A stretch of 64,000 nt of DNA from Veleropilina oligotropha (GCA_048128005.1 JBEUKZ010000078.1:1-64000), one strand, 5' to 3'; shown: positions 24,743 to 39,662, counted from the first letter of the stretch. Made by a program: numbers and translations. Notes: generated by a model from the letters alone, not told the origin.

Positions 24743-27700
24743 TAATCATAAGACAGCAAAGAAATATTATTCCACAGAGTCTGTGTTTTGTCAATCTGAT
24801 TTATTTGCCACAGTAACCAGACGTTTTGCGACAGGGTCTTAGAAAAATCGCAACGTAGATTGCACTAAGTGTGAATGTGACAAAAATTAGTGCCTTTAAC
24901 CCCCAATATGTAAAAAATATCTGTACCAGTATTAATATTTATATTGACAATTTGTATTATGGTATGTCATAAGCAATGTCCAACACTGAGAGTTAATGAC
25001 GATGTACGACCCGCTGATGGCAATAGCGCTCACTGTTCTTCGAACAGGCGAGCTAAAAATGTTTACGGCAGATGGATGCCATGTTATCCCAAGTATCCCA
25101 AACTCTCGTCTTTGGGATACAAATTTAGCAATTTAGAAAATACATTGTTAATAAATTATTAGGTGCTAATTTCAACCCTGACCAGTTGAAGAGAGTGATA
25201 TAAGACACTGGATACAGTCTGCTCTTGTAACAGTAACAAATACTGCCATTTCAAGATACCCTTGGAATAAACCAAGGGGAAGCCAGTTATCAAAATCCAT
25301 TCAATTTTGATAATCCCGGCTTCACAGAGTGACCATTAAGCTTAACAGCTTACTGTGCCTGTCGGCAGTGAGCAAGTCTTACAGATAAGCACATGTCCCT
25401 TTCATCGTACGCACATAAGTATATAAAACAAATATTAATAAAACTTACTCTTCCAAAATTACATTTCTATTCATAGAAAGAATGTTAATGCATCATCCTC
25501 AATGTCCAATGTCAATCTTGTCAGTAAAACAATCATCAAAACATTTTCCTTTAACACAAAAGTAAATAAGTTAAAAAGGCATTTTTATCCCAAAATAATT
25601 TTCAAGTAACATGGTTAATTTACCATTAGTACTTGGTGGGTAGGTCATATATATAATAAAGTTAAAAGTATAAGGTATCTGAAATTGAAGCTACATATTC
25701 AAAGAATGTGGAAAAGATCACCTAAACATTTTTCAAATAAGTGCATTTTTACCCTAAATTATTTCAAAAATATCTCTACCAGCATTTATAATGTACTATG
25801 GGATGCAGTAAGCAATGTCCAACACAGTAAGTTAAAAGAAATTCAAGTCATATAGTTGTCAGAAAGTGGAAAAGATCACCTAAACATTTTCCTTGACACA
25901 AAGAAACAAAGTTCAAATAAGTGAATTTTTAACTAAAAAATACTTCAACTAGATGTTGTTATTGTCCACAATAACAGGAATGTCTCCCCTATTTGAATAG
26001 AAGTGTAAAAGGAATATCCTGGCAACTTCTAGTCACAATCAGTTTTGCAACTGAAAACAGTTGCGAGTTCATTTTTCATATAAGCAATACGTGCATTTAG
26101 ACAGATCACATGACCTTTAAAATATTGACTTTCAAATATACAATTCAAAGCATCATTTCCTCATACCTCATACACAACCTGCCTATGAGCTTGACCATGA
26201 CCATTCAATATGAACAGTAGTTATTTCCCTGTGCCCTGAATGCAAATCGCAATCAAAATTCGGGAAAATTATATTTTTAGCAACAAGTCAAGTGACCTTT
26301 GGCGTACAGACCTGAAAAGCAATCTCTCCTCTCCTCATAAGCAACCTGTGTACCAAATATGAGCATAATCGCTCAAAGGAAATGGTAGTTATCGTCTGGA
26401 AACCAAATCTGAGTCAAAATTCTATTTTTAGTCGCAGATCACATGACCTTTGGCGTACCGACCTGAAAAGCAATCCCAAGGGACCACTCCTCATAACCAA
26501 CCCGTGTACCAAATATGAGCATAATCGCTGAAAGGAAACGTTAGTTATCATCTGGAAACCAAATCTAAGTCAAAATTCTATTTTTAGTCGCAGATCACAT
26601 GACCTTCGGCATACCGACCTGAAAAGCAATCCCAAGGGACCTCTCCTCATGACCAACCCGTGTACCAAATATGAGCATAATCGCTGAAAGGAAACGTTAG
26701 TTATCGTCTGGAAACCAAATCTGAGTCAAAATTCTATTTTTAGTCGCAGATCACATGACCTTTGGCGTACCGACCTAAAAAGCAATCCCAAGGGACCTCT
26801 CCTCATAAGCAACCTGTGTACCAAATATGAACAAAATCGCTTCAAGGGAACGGTAGTTATCGTCCGGAAACCAAATCGGAGCCAAAATTCTATTTTTAGT
26901 AACAGATCACATGACCTTTGGCGCACCGACCTGAAAAGCAATCCCAAGCGACCTCTCCTCATAAGCAACCTGTGTACCAAATATGAACAAAATCGCTTCA
27001 AGGGAACGGTAGTTATCGTCCGGAAACCAAAGTGTGACAGACAGACGGACGGACAGACGGACAGACGGACGGACGATACAAAAACAGTATGTCTCCCCAC
27101 AGGGATGGGGAGACATAATAATAACCCTATCAGCATTTATAACTTTACTTTAGGATGCCATAAGTAATGTCCAACACTGAAAGCTAAAATAAATTGAAGC
27201 CAAAGTTTGTCAAAAACTGAAAAAGATCACCTAAACATTTTCCTTGACCCAAAACTGGAGACGCCGACGCGTACGCCGACGAGGACGACGACGCCGACGA
27301 CGTACGACCCGCTGATGACAATAGCTCTCACTGTTCTTCGAACAGGCGAGCTAAAAAGGATTAAACGCCTACCTATAAGAGCGGCAGACATAAAATGATG
27401 TTGGCAACATTATTTTTAGACCACTTTTGGAATTTTTCAGCTGTTTCATAGTCGAGACACCCGGTTTAAGGTCTCACTTTGATCTGACTGACATACATTA
27501 GGGACATGCCTTCTATTATTTTAACCTCCAATCCACCTTCAAGCTGATCGCGTCCTATCGCTTGCAGCCATTTTTTTTTTTTTTTTTTTTTAACTTTTAA
27601 ATTTAATTTTTAAATATTTTAATTTTTTTCCTTAGAATTTTATTAATATATACACTGAATCGAATGCCGCAAATTTCAGGTCTGTACGCCACGTAGGTCT

Positions 27701-30700
27701 CCAGTTCTGGCCTTTTTAAGGAAAATGTGGTAGCCATTTTTTTTTTTTTTCGAATTTTTTTATTATCCTAATTTAAAATATCTAAGCTCTAGCATCAATA
27801 TTAACAGAGTTTGCCATTTCCTGACCATTTTCTGGCGGAAATATGTCGTTTTCCTTTATTAGGTCATTTCCTGCAATGTAGGTCAACTGAGGTCAAAGGT
27901 CAAGGTCACATGTGAAAGATCAACCATGACTTCCCATAGGGTCCCCATAGTAACTATGTGTCCACGGTGCATCCTTGGTGATATATTTCCACTTCTAACA
28001 AATGCTTTAATGGACGCCGAGGCACTTCCTGTTTTTAATTTTATCTTGGAAATTTGGTAAATAGCGACTACGCACGTCAATAGGAGTTCATTTTAGCCAC
28101 TATGGGCAAGCATATATGCATTTTTTCTTAAATAGGTCATTTTTCGCAATGTAGGTCAACTGAGGTCAAAGGTCAAGGTCACATTTGAAAGCCCAACCAT
28201 GACTTCCCATAGGCTCCCCATAGTAACTATGTGTCCACGGCGCATCATTGTTGATATATTGCCACTTGAAATAAAAGCTTTAATGGCGGTCGAGCCACTT
28301 CCTGTTTTTCAATTTTATCTTGTAAATTTGGTAAATGTTGACTACACACGTCAATAGGAGTTCATTTCATGCACTATAGGCCCACATATATGCATTTTTC
28401 CTTAATTAGGCCATTTCCTGCAATGTAGGTCAACTGAGGTCAAAGGTCAAGGTCAAATTTGAAAGCCCAACCATGACTTCCCATAGGCTCCCCATAGTAA
28501 CCATGGGTCTACGGTGCATCATTTTCACGATATAGCCATTTTAAATTGATTTAAATTTTTAAATGCGCGCCGCAATCTTCAGACGCACGCAGCGGCCTCC
28601 TTTTACGACCGATCGATTTGTCGCTTGCAATTTAACTTCCCCTTAGTACGTCAATCATATCTGGAAAGTCTTCCCTCGCTGTCATTGGCGGTTTTTGAGA
28701 AGAAGATTTTTTTAAAGTTTTAATATATTCAAAATGGCGGCCAAACCGCAATTCCTAGACAGTACGTTAAGGACGCGGCACAACTTCACTAATGCACCTA
28801 TAAGCCTGCAAAATTTTATTGCTGTAGCTCTGGCAGTTTTTGAGTTATCGCTGTCACAAAATCGTGGAGAAAATAATAAATCATAATAATAATTAAAGCT
28901 GCAAGCAGCTGTACAGGGCTTCAAGCTGATCGCGTCCTATCGCTTGCAGCCATTTTTTTTTTTTTTTTTTTTTTTTTAACTTTTAAATTTAATTTTTAAA
29001 TATTTTAATTTTTTTCCTTAGAATTTTATTAATATATACACTGAATCGAATGCCGCAAATTTCAGGTCTGTACGCCACGTAGGTCTCCAGTTCTGGCCTT
29101 TTTAAGGAAAATGTGGTAGCCATTTTTTTTTTTTTTGAATTTTTTTATTATCCTAATTTAAAATATCTAAGCTCTAGCATCAATATTAACAGAGTTTGCC
29201 ATTTCCTGACCATTTTCTGGCAAACATGTCTTTTTCTGGCGGAAATATGTCGTTTTCCTTAATTAGGTCATTTCCTGCAATGTAGGTCAACTGAGGTCAA
29301 AGGTCAAGGTCACATGTGAAAGATCAACCATGACTTCCCATAGGGTCCCCATAGTAACTATGTGTCCACGGTGCATCCTTGTTGATATATTTCCACTTCT
29401 AACAAATGCTTTAATGGCCGCCGAGGCACTTCCTGTTTTTAATTTTATCTTGGAAATTTGGTAAATAGCGACTACGCACGTCAATAGGAGTTCATTTTAG
29501 CCACTATGGGCAAGCATATATGCATTTTTCCTTAAATAGGTCATTTTTCGCAATGTAGGTCAACTGAGGTCAAAGGTCAAGGTCACATTTGAAAGCCCAA
29601 CCATGACTTCCCATAGGCTCCCCATAGTAACTATGTGTCCACGGCGCATCATTGTTGATATATTGCCACTTGAAATAAAAGCTTTAATGGCGGTCGAGCC
29701 ACTTCCTGTTTTTCAATTTTATCTTGTAAATTTGGTAAATGTTGACTACACACGTCAATAGGAGTTCATTTCATGCACTATAGGCCCACATATATGCATT
29801 TTTTCCTTAATTATGCCATTTCCTGCAATGTAGGTCAACTGAGGTCAAAGGTCAAGGTCAAATTTGAAAGCCCAACCATGACTTCCCATAGGCTCCCCAT
29901 AGTAACCATGGGTCTACGGTGCATCATTTTCACGATATAGCCATTTTAAATTGATTTAAATTTTTAAATGCGCACCGCAATATTCAGACGCACGCAGCGG
30001 CCTCCTTTTACGACCGATCGATTTGTCGCTTGCAATTTAACTTTCCCTTAGTACGTCAATCATATCTGGAAAGTCTTCCCTCGCTGTCATTGGCAGTTTT
30101 TGAGAAGAAGATTTTTTTTAAGTTTTAATATATTCAAAATGGCGGCCAAACCGCAATTCCTAGACAGTACGTTAAGGACGCGGCACAACTTCACTAATGC
30201 ACCTATAAGCCTGCAAAATTTTATTGCTGTAGCTCTGGCAGTTTTTGAGTTATCGCTGTCACAAAATCGTGGAGAAAATAATAAATCAGAATAATAATAA
30301 TTCGTAGAATAACAATAGGGCTTCAAGCCTGAAAGCTTGAAGCCCTAATAATTCGTAGAATAACAATAGGGCTTCAAGCCTCAAAGCTTGAAGCCCTAAT
30401 AATAATTCCTACAATAACAATAGTGCTTCGCGCTTAAGCTGCGAAGCACTAATAATCATAAGACAGCAAAGAAATATTATTCCACAGAGTCTGTGTTTTG
30501 TCAATCTGATTTATTTGCCACAGTAACCAGACGTTTTGCGACAGGGTCTTAGAAAAATCGCAACGTAGATTGCACTAAGTGTGAATGTGACAAAAATTAG
30601 TGCCTTTAACCCCCAATATGTAAAAAATATCTGTACCAGTATTAATATTTATATTGACAATTTGTATTATGGTATGTCATAAGCAATGTCCAACACTGAG

Positions 30701-33252
30701 AGTTAATGACGATGTACGACCCGCTGATGGCAATAGCGCTCACTGTTCTTCGAACAGGCGAGCTAAAAATGTTTACGGCAGATGGATGCCATGTTATCCC
30801 AAGTATCCCAAACTCTCGTCTTTGGGATACAAATTTAGCAATTTAGAAAATACATTGTTAATAAATTATTAGGTGCTAATTTCAACCCTGACCAGTTGAA
30901 GAGAGTGATATAAGACACTGGATACAGTCTGCTCTTGTAACAGTAACAAATACTGCCATTTCAAGATACCCTTGGAATAAACCAAGGGGAAGCCAGTTAT
31001 CAAAATCCATTCAATTTTGATAATCCCGGCTTCACAGAGTGACCATTAAGCTTAACAGCTTACTGTGCCTGTCGGCAGTGAGCAAGTCTTACAGATAAGC
31101 ACATGTCCCTTTCATCGTACGCACATAAGTATATAAAACAAATATTAATAAAACTTACTCTTCCAAAATTACATTTCTATTCATAGAAAGAATGTTAATG
31201 CATCATCCTCAATGTCCAATGTCAATCTTGTCAGTAAAACAATCATCAAAACATTTTCCTTTAACACAAAAGTAAATAAGTTAAAAAGGCATTTTTATCC
31301 CAAAATAATTTTCAAGTAACATGGTTAATTTACCATTAGTACTTGGTGGGTAGGTCATATATATAATAAAGTTAAAAGTATAAGGTATCTGAAATTGAAG
31401 CTACATATTCAAAGAATGTGGAAAAGATCACCTAAACATTTTTCAAATAAGTGCATTTTTACCCTAAATTATTTCAAAAATATCTCTACCAGCATTTATA
31501 ATGTACTATGGGATGCAGTAAGCAATGTCCAACACAGTAAGTTAAAAGAAATTCAAGTCATATAGTTGTCAGAAAGTGGAAAAGATCACCTAAACATTTT
31601 CCTTGACACAAAGAAACAAAGTTCAAATAAGTGAATTTTTAACTAAAAAATACTTCAACTAGATGTTGTTATTGTCCACAATAACAGGAATGTCTCCCCT
31701 ATTTGAATAGAAGTGTAAAAGGAATATCCTGGCAACTTCTAGTCACAATCAGTTTTGCAACTGAAAACAGTTGCGAGTTCATTTTTCATATAAGCAATAA
31801 CGTAACGTGCATTTAGACAGATCACATGACCTTTAAAATATTGACTTTCAAATATACAATTCAAAGCATCATTTCCTCATACCTCATACACAACCTGCCT
31901 ATGAGCTTGACCATGACCATTCAATATGAACAGTAGTTATTTCCCTGTGCCCTGAATGCAAATCGCAATCAAAATTCGGGAAAATTATATTTTTAGCAAC
32001 AAGTCACGTGACCTTTGGCGTACAGACCTGAAAAGCAATCTCTCCTCTCCTCATAAGCAACCTGTGTACCAAATATGAGCATAATCGCTCAAAGGAAATG
32101 GTAGTTATCGTCTGGAAACCAAATCTGAGTCAAAATTCTATTTTTAGTCGCAGATCACATGACCTTTGGCGTACCGACCTGAAAAGCAATCCCAAGGGAC
32201 CACTCCTCATAACCAACCCGTGTACCAAATATGAGCATAATCGCTGAAAGGAAACGTTAGTTATCATCTGGAAACCAAATCTGAGTCAAAATTCTATTTT
32301 TAGTCGCAGATCACATGACCTTCGGCATACCGACCTGAAAAGCAATCCCAAGGGACCTCTCCTCATGACCAACCCGTGTACCAAATATGAGCATAATCGC
32401 TGAAAGGAAACGTTAGTTATCGTCTGGAAACCAAATCTGAGTCAAAATTCTATTTTTAGTCGCAGATCACATGACCTTTGGCGTACCGACCTAAAAAGCA
32501 ATCCCAAGGGACCTCTCCTCATAAGCAACCTGTGTACCAAATATGAACAAAATCGCTTCAAGGGAACGGTAGTTATCGTCCGGAAACCAAATCGGAGCCA
32601 AAATTCTATTTTTAGTAACAGATCACATGACCTTTGGCGCACCGACCTGAAAAGCAATCCCAAGCGACCTCTCCTCATAAGCAACCTGTGTACCAAATAT
32701 GAACAAAATCGCTTCAAGGGAACGGTAGTTATCGTCCGGAAACCAAAGTGTGACAGACAGACGGACGGACAGACGGACAGACGGACGGACGATACAAAAA
32801 CAGTATGTCTCCCCACAGGGATGGGGAGACATAATAATAACCCTATCAGCATTTATAACTTTACTTTAGGATGCCATAAGTAATGTCCAACACTGAAAGC
32901 TAAAATAAATTGAAGCCAAAGTTTGTCAAAAACTGAAAAAGATCACCTAAACATTTTCCTTGACCCAAAACTGGAGACGCCGACGCGTACGCCGACGAGG
33001 ACGACGACGCCGACGACGTACGACCCGCTGATGACAATAGCTCTCACTGTTCTTCGAACAGGCGAGCTAAAAAGGATTAAACGCCTACCTATAAGAGCGG
33101 CAGACATAAAATGATGTTGGCAACATTATTTTTAGACCACTTTTGGAATTTTTCAGCTGTTTCATAGTCGAGACACCCGGTTTAAGGTCTCACTTTGATC
33201 TGACTGACATACATTAGGGACATGCCTTCTATTATTTTAACCTCCAATCCAC
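21827..33252. repeat. Near-identical 5.71-kb tandem duplication (21827-27536 and 27537-33252)
   Basis: Constant offset 5710, rising to 5716 after a 6-bp insertion near 31800; duplicated ORF track; only about 4 differences seen by eye. Confidence 0.97.
25947..27118 (-). mobile_element. HINE-like element with 156-bp internal tandem repeats; duplicated at about 31657-32834
   Basis: Terminal hairpin tgttattgtccacaataaca plus atgtctcccc subTIR; (GACG/GACA)n tract; palindromic end atgtctcccc...ggggagacat. Confidence 0.8.
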
Positions 33253-34141
33253 CGACTTCCTGAGGACCAAATTCGACATATTTTGGTACCCAAGTAAAAG
33301 TTGGTTAATACCATTATAATCATACATAACATATTACATGAAAGGTAATTGCATGACCTTCAAATTAGAAATTTTAATTATGCAAATAATGTACCATTGA
33401 CCTCATTATATATTCAAAATGGCCACCATCATGATCAAGAATTCTGATATTTTCAACTTTCAACCCTATATTCTTATATTTATTCACGTCATGTTGTAAA
33501 TCTTCAATTTGCTACAAGGAGACACAGAAACGCATTTTTTAATAAATATTAGGGATTTTATTTCAATATTACCAAATATGACGTAATGATAAGATATTAT
33601 ATTACATCTAAATCAGTATTTTGATACCTATCAATACACTGAAAATAAATTATTAGATCTCCATTGTGGTTTTTCAGTGTATTTATTATTATAAAACATG
33701 TTACATAATATTATGAATAATATTTGTAAGAACTGTAATTTGGAATGCCTAAATTTGCTAATATACCACTTGGTCTCATTATAATGCTCATTTACTTTAT
33801 TAAAAGATGACTCAGATTCCCTGTCAGAAGAGGGGAGGAGGGTTAAACTGATACACAATTATTGGAATCATTTTCTGCATCTGAAAGATGGTCATCCGAA
33901 TCATTCAAATTATTCAATTCAATAAAAATGACGTAATTATTCACCATTGGTAATCGTATATATTATGCATCTAAAGTTGTCTATATTCTTTGTCCTCGTT
34001 CTAAATATTAGCGTAATTATTACTAGTCATTATTTTAATCAGAAACTTGAATGTGGCCAAGCAATGCGATTTCTATATCTTTATCAGTAAAGAGGTATGT
34101 TAGACCAAGGCGCAGTATACTGTGCTCCGGTGGCTATGAGG
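33241..34141. mobile_element. Possible TTAA-inserting (piggyBac-like) non-autonomous element
   Basis: ttaa|cctccaatccacc ... ggtggctatgagg|ttaa imperfect TIRs. Confidence 0.45.
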
Positions 34142-34426
34142 TTAAGCGGTAGAACGACCTGCCACTGTCCTCGAACCCGGGACCAACTATAACATCTTCG
34201 GTTTAGAGTCTGACGCGCTAACTACTCACCCGCCGATGCCGTTGACCCAAGATGACTGCCAATAATTATTTAGAGATAACTGAACAGAGATTTAATGAAA
34301 GACCACTCCAACAATTTTTCTGTGATGAATCTGGAATATGCTTGAGATAGATAAGACAATTAAGGGAACACAGGAGTCGTCGCTTGTTTGGGCCTTCTCA
34401 CACCTTCACAAACATGGCGAACTTAC

Positions 34427-34536
34427 ATGTCAGCCGGACGCGGTTCGCTGTCATCATAATCTTCAGAATTGCTGTCATCAGACATGTCAGAATAGCATTC
34501 GTCAAATTCAGATTTAGTTTTAAGGTCATTATAAAT
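34427..34536 (-). CDS. CHFR: CHFR acidic exon: IYNDLKTKSEFDECYSDMSDDSNSEDYDDSEPRPAD
   Basis: ttacag/gtaagt; phase 0 to 2; Ser/Asp-rich segment in the expected place. Confidence 0.85.
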
Positions 34537-34947
34537 CTGTAAGAGGAAGAATAAAAAGTTATCGTTGTTAAACTTAATTCATTGTCCTAGCTGCTATGGT
34601 TATGTAGGATTAGTTTGTATTATCGTGCAAGCACATAATGCATACCGGAGCCCTGCTGGTTAATTATGAATTACTGTCACTGATTTAAAACTTAGAAATG
34701 TCTCCGACCATTAGTTAATAACTCATAAAGTTAAGTACAGGTATGAATGAAACTTTCATTAATAATTGTCCATGAAACAATAATCAGTTGCATGATTAGA
34801 TTTTGGCCAAAATCAAGAAGTGAATCGATGAAGATTTGGCTCTATCGAATTCCCTCTTCAATACCTATCGCACAATTAATATCGGAATAAGGTTTGGGTG
34901 TCAATTGTTTACATATTGTTTCCTGCTGAACACATCTTCCTTCTTAC

Positions 34948-35012
34948 CATGTCTCGAGTGATTTTGTTCTTGGAATCTAATTCCTTGAGATCCTCTTCGG
35001 AACGCTTCAATT
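34948..35012 (-). CDS. CHFR: CHFR exon: (E)LKRSEEDLKELDSKNKITRDM
   Basis: ttctag/gtaaga; resembles CHFR RSEEDxxxxDxxNKITxDM. Confidence 0.93.
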
Positions 35013-35337
35013 CTAGAATAAATGTAATAACAATCAAAGTGCTGAAGCACTGAAGAGCCACAAATGCATAAATTCATTAGAAGAGCCTTGATTAAAATAT
35101 TGTGAATGTTGTTTATATCAAATATTTATTTGTAGGTGAACCTGCATATCATCACATTATAGTATTTATTATCAATCGATGGTCGTGATCAATTAAACAC
35201 AAAGTAACCGTGTGGTGGCCGTGTCATAAGCCCTGACGTACGCGTCTGACATGTCTGAAGACAATTTATTTGCGCAAATTTCGGAATATCAAAACTTACT
35301 TCATTACTGATAACTAAGCAGTAATAATAATATGCAT

Positions 35338-35613
35338 CAGGGCTAGAAATACAAATTTGAAACCACTGGTCCAATGGACCACCATCAATTTTAAACACAG
35401 GTCAAATTTAAAATTTACTAGTCATGAAGTAATGATCAATAGCCTACATATATTATATAGGCTATAATAATAACTTTACAACGAATTAATGTGTGTGATA
35501 ACAATAAATATTAAGCGGGTATTGTAAAAATCAGTGGTCCACTGGACCACCCTGTGTTAAAAATGACTGGTTTTCTGCAATTTTTAATGGTTTGAGTTTT
35601 ATTTCGAGCCCTG
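35338..35613. mobile_element. Small MITE
   Basis: cagggctagaaata / tatttcgagccctg TIRs; tgcat on both flanks. Confidence 0.6.
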
Positions 35614-36116
35614 TGCATGCATGAATGCACATTTGATTTCACTCATATATATATGAAACGGTGGTCATTGATCGGCCTTTCAACAGACAGCACATCTCGG
35701 AAAATCAAAGTGCTGAAGCACTGAAAAGTTGAAGAGCGAAAATATTGATTTCCCAACACAAAAATACTTATTTGTCAAGTTGCACTTCAATGTCAAAAGT
35801 GAATGTAATTACGAATACCAAAGCAGTTGTCGATGCCAGAGCCATGTAGATCATAGGTCAAAATTAAGGTCAATGTGCATCAATACGCACTGACTTGAAT
35901 ATAACGTGCCCGACTATAGAATGGTTAACGAGGTGAAATTGACCGGGACAATTCAGTGATTTTTTTCTTTTGGCAGACAATGACAAGTCAGACAGAAGTG
36001 ACAATATTGTAAATTTTGTAGGCCTATATATTAAGTAAAGAACACAATATATCTTTTGACTAATTGTTGCTTTTAATGTCATTGTATCTTAAATATGTTT
36101 ACAATTACAATGTTTT

Positions 36117-37150
36117 AACTAGAGGAGTTGTTTTTGTGTGAACAAAAACATATGTCTCCCCATGTAAGAGAAATCACTCCATATGTATTGAGATCCTCAT
36201 GAAGTTTGGAAAGTCACGAACTGGAAGAGTGTAAATATATTTGACGAAATGGATGGATTTATGTAAATGTCCTGAATATTTACACCCTTCACGTTCAAGG
36301 CATGGGAACCTATGAAGATGACAAGAATTTAATAGGTCAGAGGTTATTACGGCAAGGTCAAAGGTTATTACGGCAAGGTCAAATGTCATTTTCGGAAAAT
36401 TACGCCTCCTTGCACAATGGCACGTTAACGGTTGATAGTATATCACAGGAAAGTATAGGACCAGAGATCTAGCTAGCCCGGACAAGGTGTGTATCAAGAA
36501 AGTACATTTTGACCTTTGTGACCTTGACCTTTGACCGAATAACAAAATTGAACATTGTTAATACAACTTATATAATGTACTCACCCTCATGGAGAAATTG
36601 AACAAAAAATAATTAAAGAAACAATAAAATATGAACATGCTCAAATATGGAATAAGGAACATACATTTTGACCTCTGTGACCTTGACCTTTGACCGAACA
36701 ACAAAACTGAACATTGTTATATAATGTACTCGAGTACCCTCAGGAATACATTTGGTGAAAAAAATAATAACATGTAAAAATGCCCAAATATGGAAATTGT
36801 TTATCAAGATCACCATCCAGGTCAAAGTTGCAAAATTTTAGCGCCCTGCACATGCTTGGGGTGTGGGCCATGCATCTACAAAGAAATTAGAAGGATAAGA
36901 TTTGATGTCTCCGAGAACCAGGCCGGACACGATTTTGGGGTCAAAGGTCATTACATCAAGGTCGAAAGTCGTGTTCATGAAATTTTGCCGAAAAGCACAA
37001 TGGCATGTTTGGACGGTTCAATTTGCCAAAGGAACTAATGCTGGCACATACAGGACCTGAGATCTAGTCCGGACAAGAAAAGTGAGGAAGAAGGAGGAGA
37101 AAGAGGACGGAGTGTAAAACACTATGTCTCCCCATCCGAAGGAAACATAT
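36117..37150 (-). mobile_element. HINE-like element
   Basis: aactag end with hairpin tgtttttg...caaaaaca and atgtctcccc subTIR repeated at the far end; gaccttgaccttt internal repeats. Confidence 0.6.
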
Positions 37151-38859
37151 TGTTTATGTATTAAAATTTAGATATAAATTTAATAAATTTAAAATAATCA
37201 ATAAATAGACAAGTCATATAAGGAAGCTGTATACTACAGCCTCGATATAACGCGGTAGTTGGGTCCAAAATTTCGGAGCCGCGTTGTATCCGACCGCATT
37301 ATAGGAACGTTGTATATTTACATAGTAAATATATGTTAGATGATATGACGCTACGCAATAAATTAATACTACCATTATAGTTCATTAAATGATTGATGTG
37401 TATTGTTTAGTAAAATTAATACAATACAAATGTGTGCTCATTAAAATGTATCCGGTATGTTGTTCTTAAATTTTCTCATATAAATCGACTGTAAAGTCTC
37501 TGACAAACGCAGATGTCATAATTAACTCCTTGCTGCTCGAAATGATGTTTTCCTAACAACTATTAACAGTCTCTTAATTGTTCCACTTTCTTTACAACCT
37601 GATGACTTCATTATCGGCTTCGCAATGACTGCCTTTTGTTTAAATGCCTGATATATTAATATTTATCATGCCTGACATGAATTGATTCACCACAAGAAAA
37701 GATATTTACTTTTGATGTAGGTGGCGCTGTTACAAGCCAACTTTCCACCTGCCTGAGTTAATCTAGGCAGTGCCCAGGTTAACAACTTGGGCACTGCCCA
37801 AGTTAACTTCGGCAGTGCCCAACTTTCTATTATAATATTAACTAAGTAACTTGTCGAGTTTACAAGTATTGTTGTAACTAGAATTGACATATTGTTCCGC
37901 AAATATACATGCGTTTTAAATAATCAATATGTACTGAATTTTATTTGACATTAGCAAATTCGAAGTTTGGGCAGTGCCAAACTTATAACTTGGGTATTTT
38001 AAAATTGGGCACAACTGCAGACGCGTGTCTTATGATTAACCTCGCACATGGCTATTTTTGTATAGCCAATCACAACAGGTCAGGAAGCCAGAACGGACAT
38101 TCTTTCAAGTTTGGTATACATGTGAAACATTTGACATATATTTCACGATTAAACAGGTATATTATTCACACTTTTTTGCAGGATTTTAAAGGCATAACAC
38201 AAAAATTTGGGGAAGTAGATTTATTGACAGTTTTAGATATTTTCAGCAGAAATAAATCGTCAATGTGCGCAGCAAACGCATAGTCGCAATAGCCATATAC
38301 CGCTTCTTTACCAAAGCAGTAATTTGGCCAATTGCAAGTTACGTGTTTTTTTAAACAATTATATTTGACTATGACACAGTGTCAGAGTTTGTTACTAAAT
38401 TGCATAACAGATGTGGGATACTACCTATAAATTGACAAAATTCCATTACAGAAGTGGGTGTTACTTGAAACATTGGATGGACAAGTTGTGAAGTGACCTG
38501 AGATAAGAGCGCGAAAGTTGAATTGTAGTGGACAGGTGTTTCAAAACTAGCTTATAACAATACTCCGCAGTTCCTGCATCCTAATTAAGCTATGGTGGTG
38601 ACGACATTCTATTGTCTTGGCCTGTGGTTTAACTAAACGATAAACAACACGATTTAACTAACCATATTGTTTGTTAGACCAAGGGAGACTACTTTTGTAC
38701 ACAACAATTAGGTTTATCAGGTTATTAAATTCATATATATTAAATTATTGTACATTTTTGCAATTATTTAATTCGGTTATACCACTCGGTTTTGTTGTCT
38801 AACCAGAGAAGCCTGCAGTTAAACAACTTGGAGTTTTGCCCATTGTGGTTTAACTGCAG

Positions 38860-39119
38860 AGGAGGAGGAATGATGCTTAATGTCCTGTATATTTACAACA
38901 TCGAGGTTCAAGGCAGGACATGTCCGTGTTATCGCGGGAGGAAACCCCAGTTGCCCGGGTAAACCCGCCCTCTTCGGCCAGTCACGGACAACTGTGATTC
39001 ATAACTTGAACAAATTTCAATGCCTCAGCCAGGTATTGAACCCACTACTGTTCGCATTAGCGGAATCAAGCCAGTGAAGTTAGAGTGGACACTCTACCCA
39101 CTGCGCTGCCGAAGCGGCC
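38860..39119 (-). mobile_element. tRNA-derived SINE, same family
   Basis: Same head and body as 54830-55087; near-perfect TSD ggtt(t/a)aactgcag. Confidence 0.82.
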
Positions 39120-39236
39120 GGTTAAACTGCAGCCATAGATACCAAACCCCATGGTATAACCTATACTTAAGCCATTAGAAATTTGAAATATTTGCCTGCA
39201 TCAGTTTCCTTGTCAAGTGACAGAATCTATCATAAG

Positions 39237-39662
39237 CCAAATGTGTGAAATTATCTATTCGATCACCATAGGTACACTACTTATTTATCCAAATGTGTGA
39301 AATTATCTATTCGATCACCATAGGTACACTACTTATTTATCCAAATGTGTGAAATTATCTATTCGATCACCATGATAGGTACACTACTTATTTATCCAAA
39401 TGTGTGAAATTATCTATTCGATCACCATAGGTACACTACTTATTTATCCAAATGTGTGAAATTATCTATTCGATCACCATAGGTACACTACTTATTTATC
39501 CAAATGTGTGAAATTATCTATTCGATCACCATAGGTACACTACTTATTTATCCAAATGTGTGAAATTATCTATTCGATCACCATAGGTACACTACTTATT
39601 TATCCAAATGTGTGGAATGATCTATTCGATCACCATAGGTACACGACTTATTCATCCAAATG
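39237..39662. repeat. 52-bp minisatellite, about 8 copies
   Basis: ccaaatgtgtgaaattatctattcgatcaccataggtacactacttatttat repeated head to tail. Confidence 0.95.

Noticed and set aside
22173..33114. Repeated short ORFs (MTCVVAIYQ..., MLIGLLLC..., MKPCTAACS...) as a gene cluster
   Set aside because: They are translations of HINE internal repeats and of the 5.7-kb duplication, with no protein motifs.
39237..39662. CRISPR-like regular repeat
   Set aside because: Units are contiguous and identical with no unique spacers; eukaryotic intron context and no cas genes.
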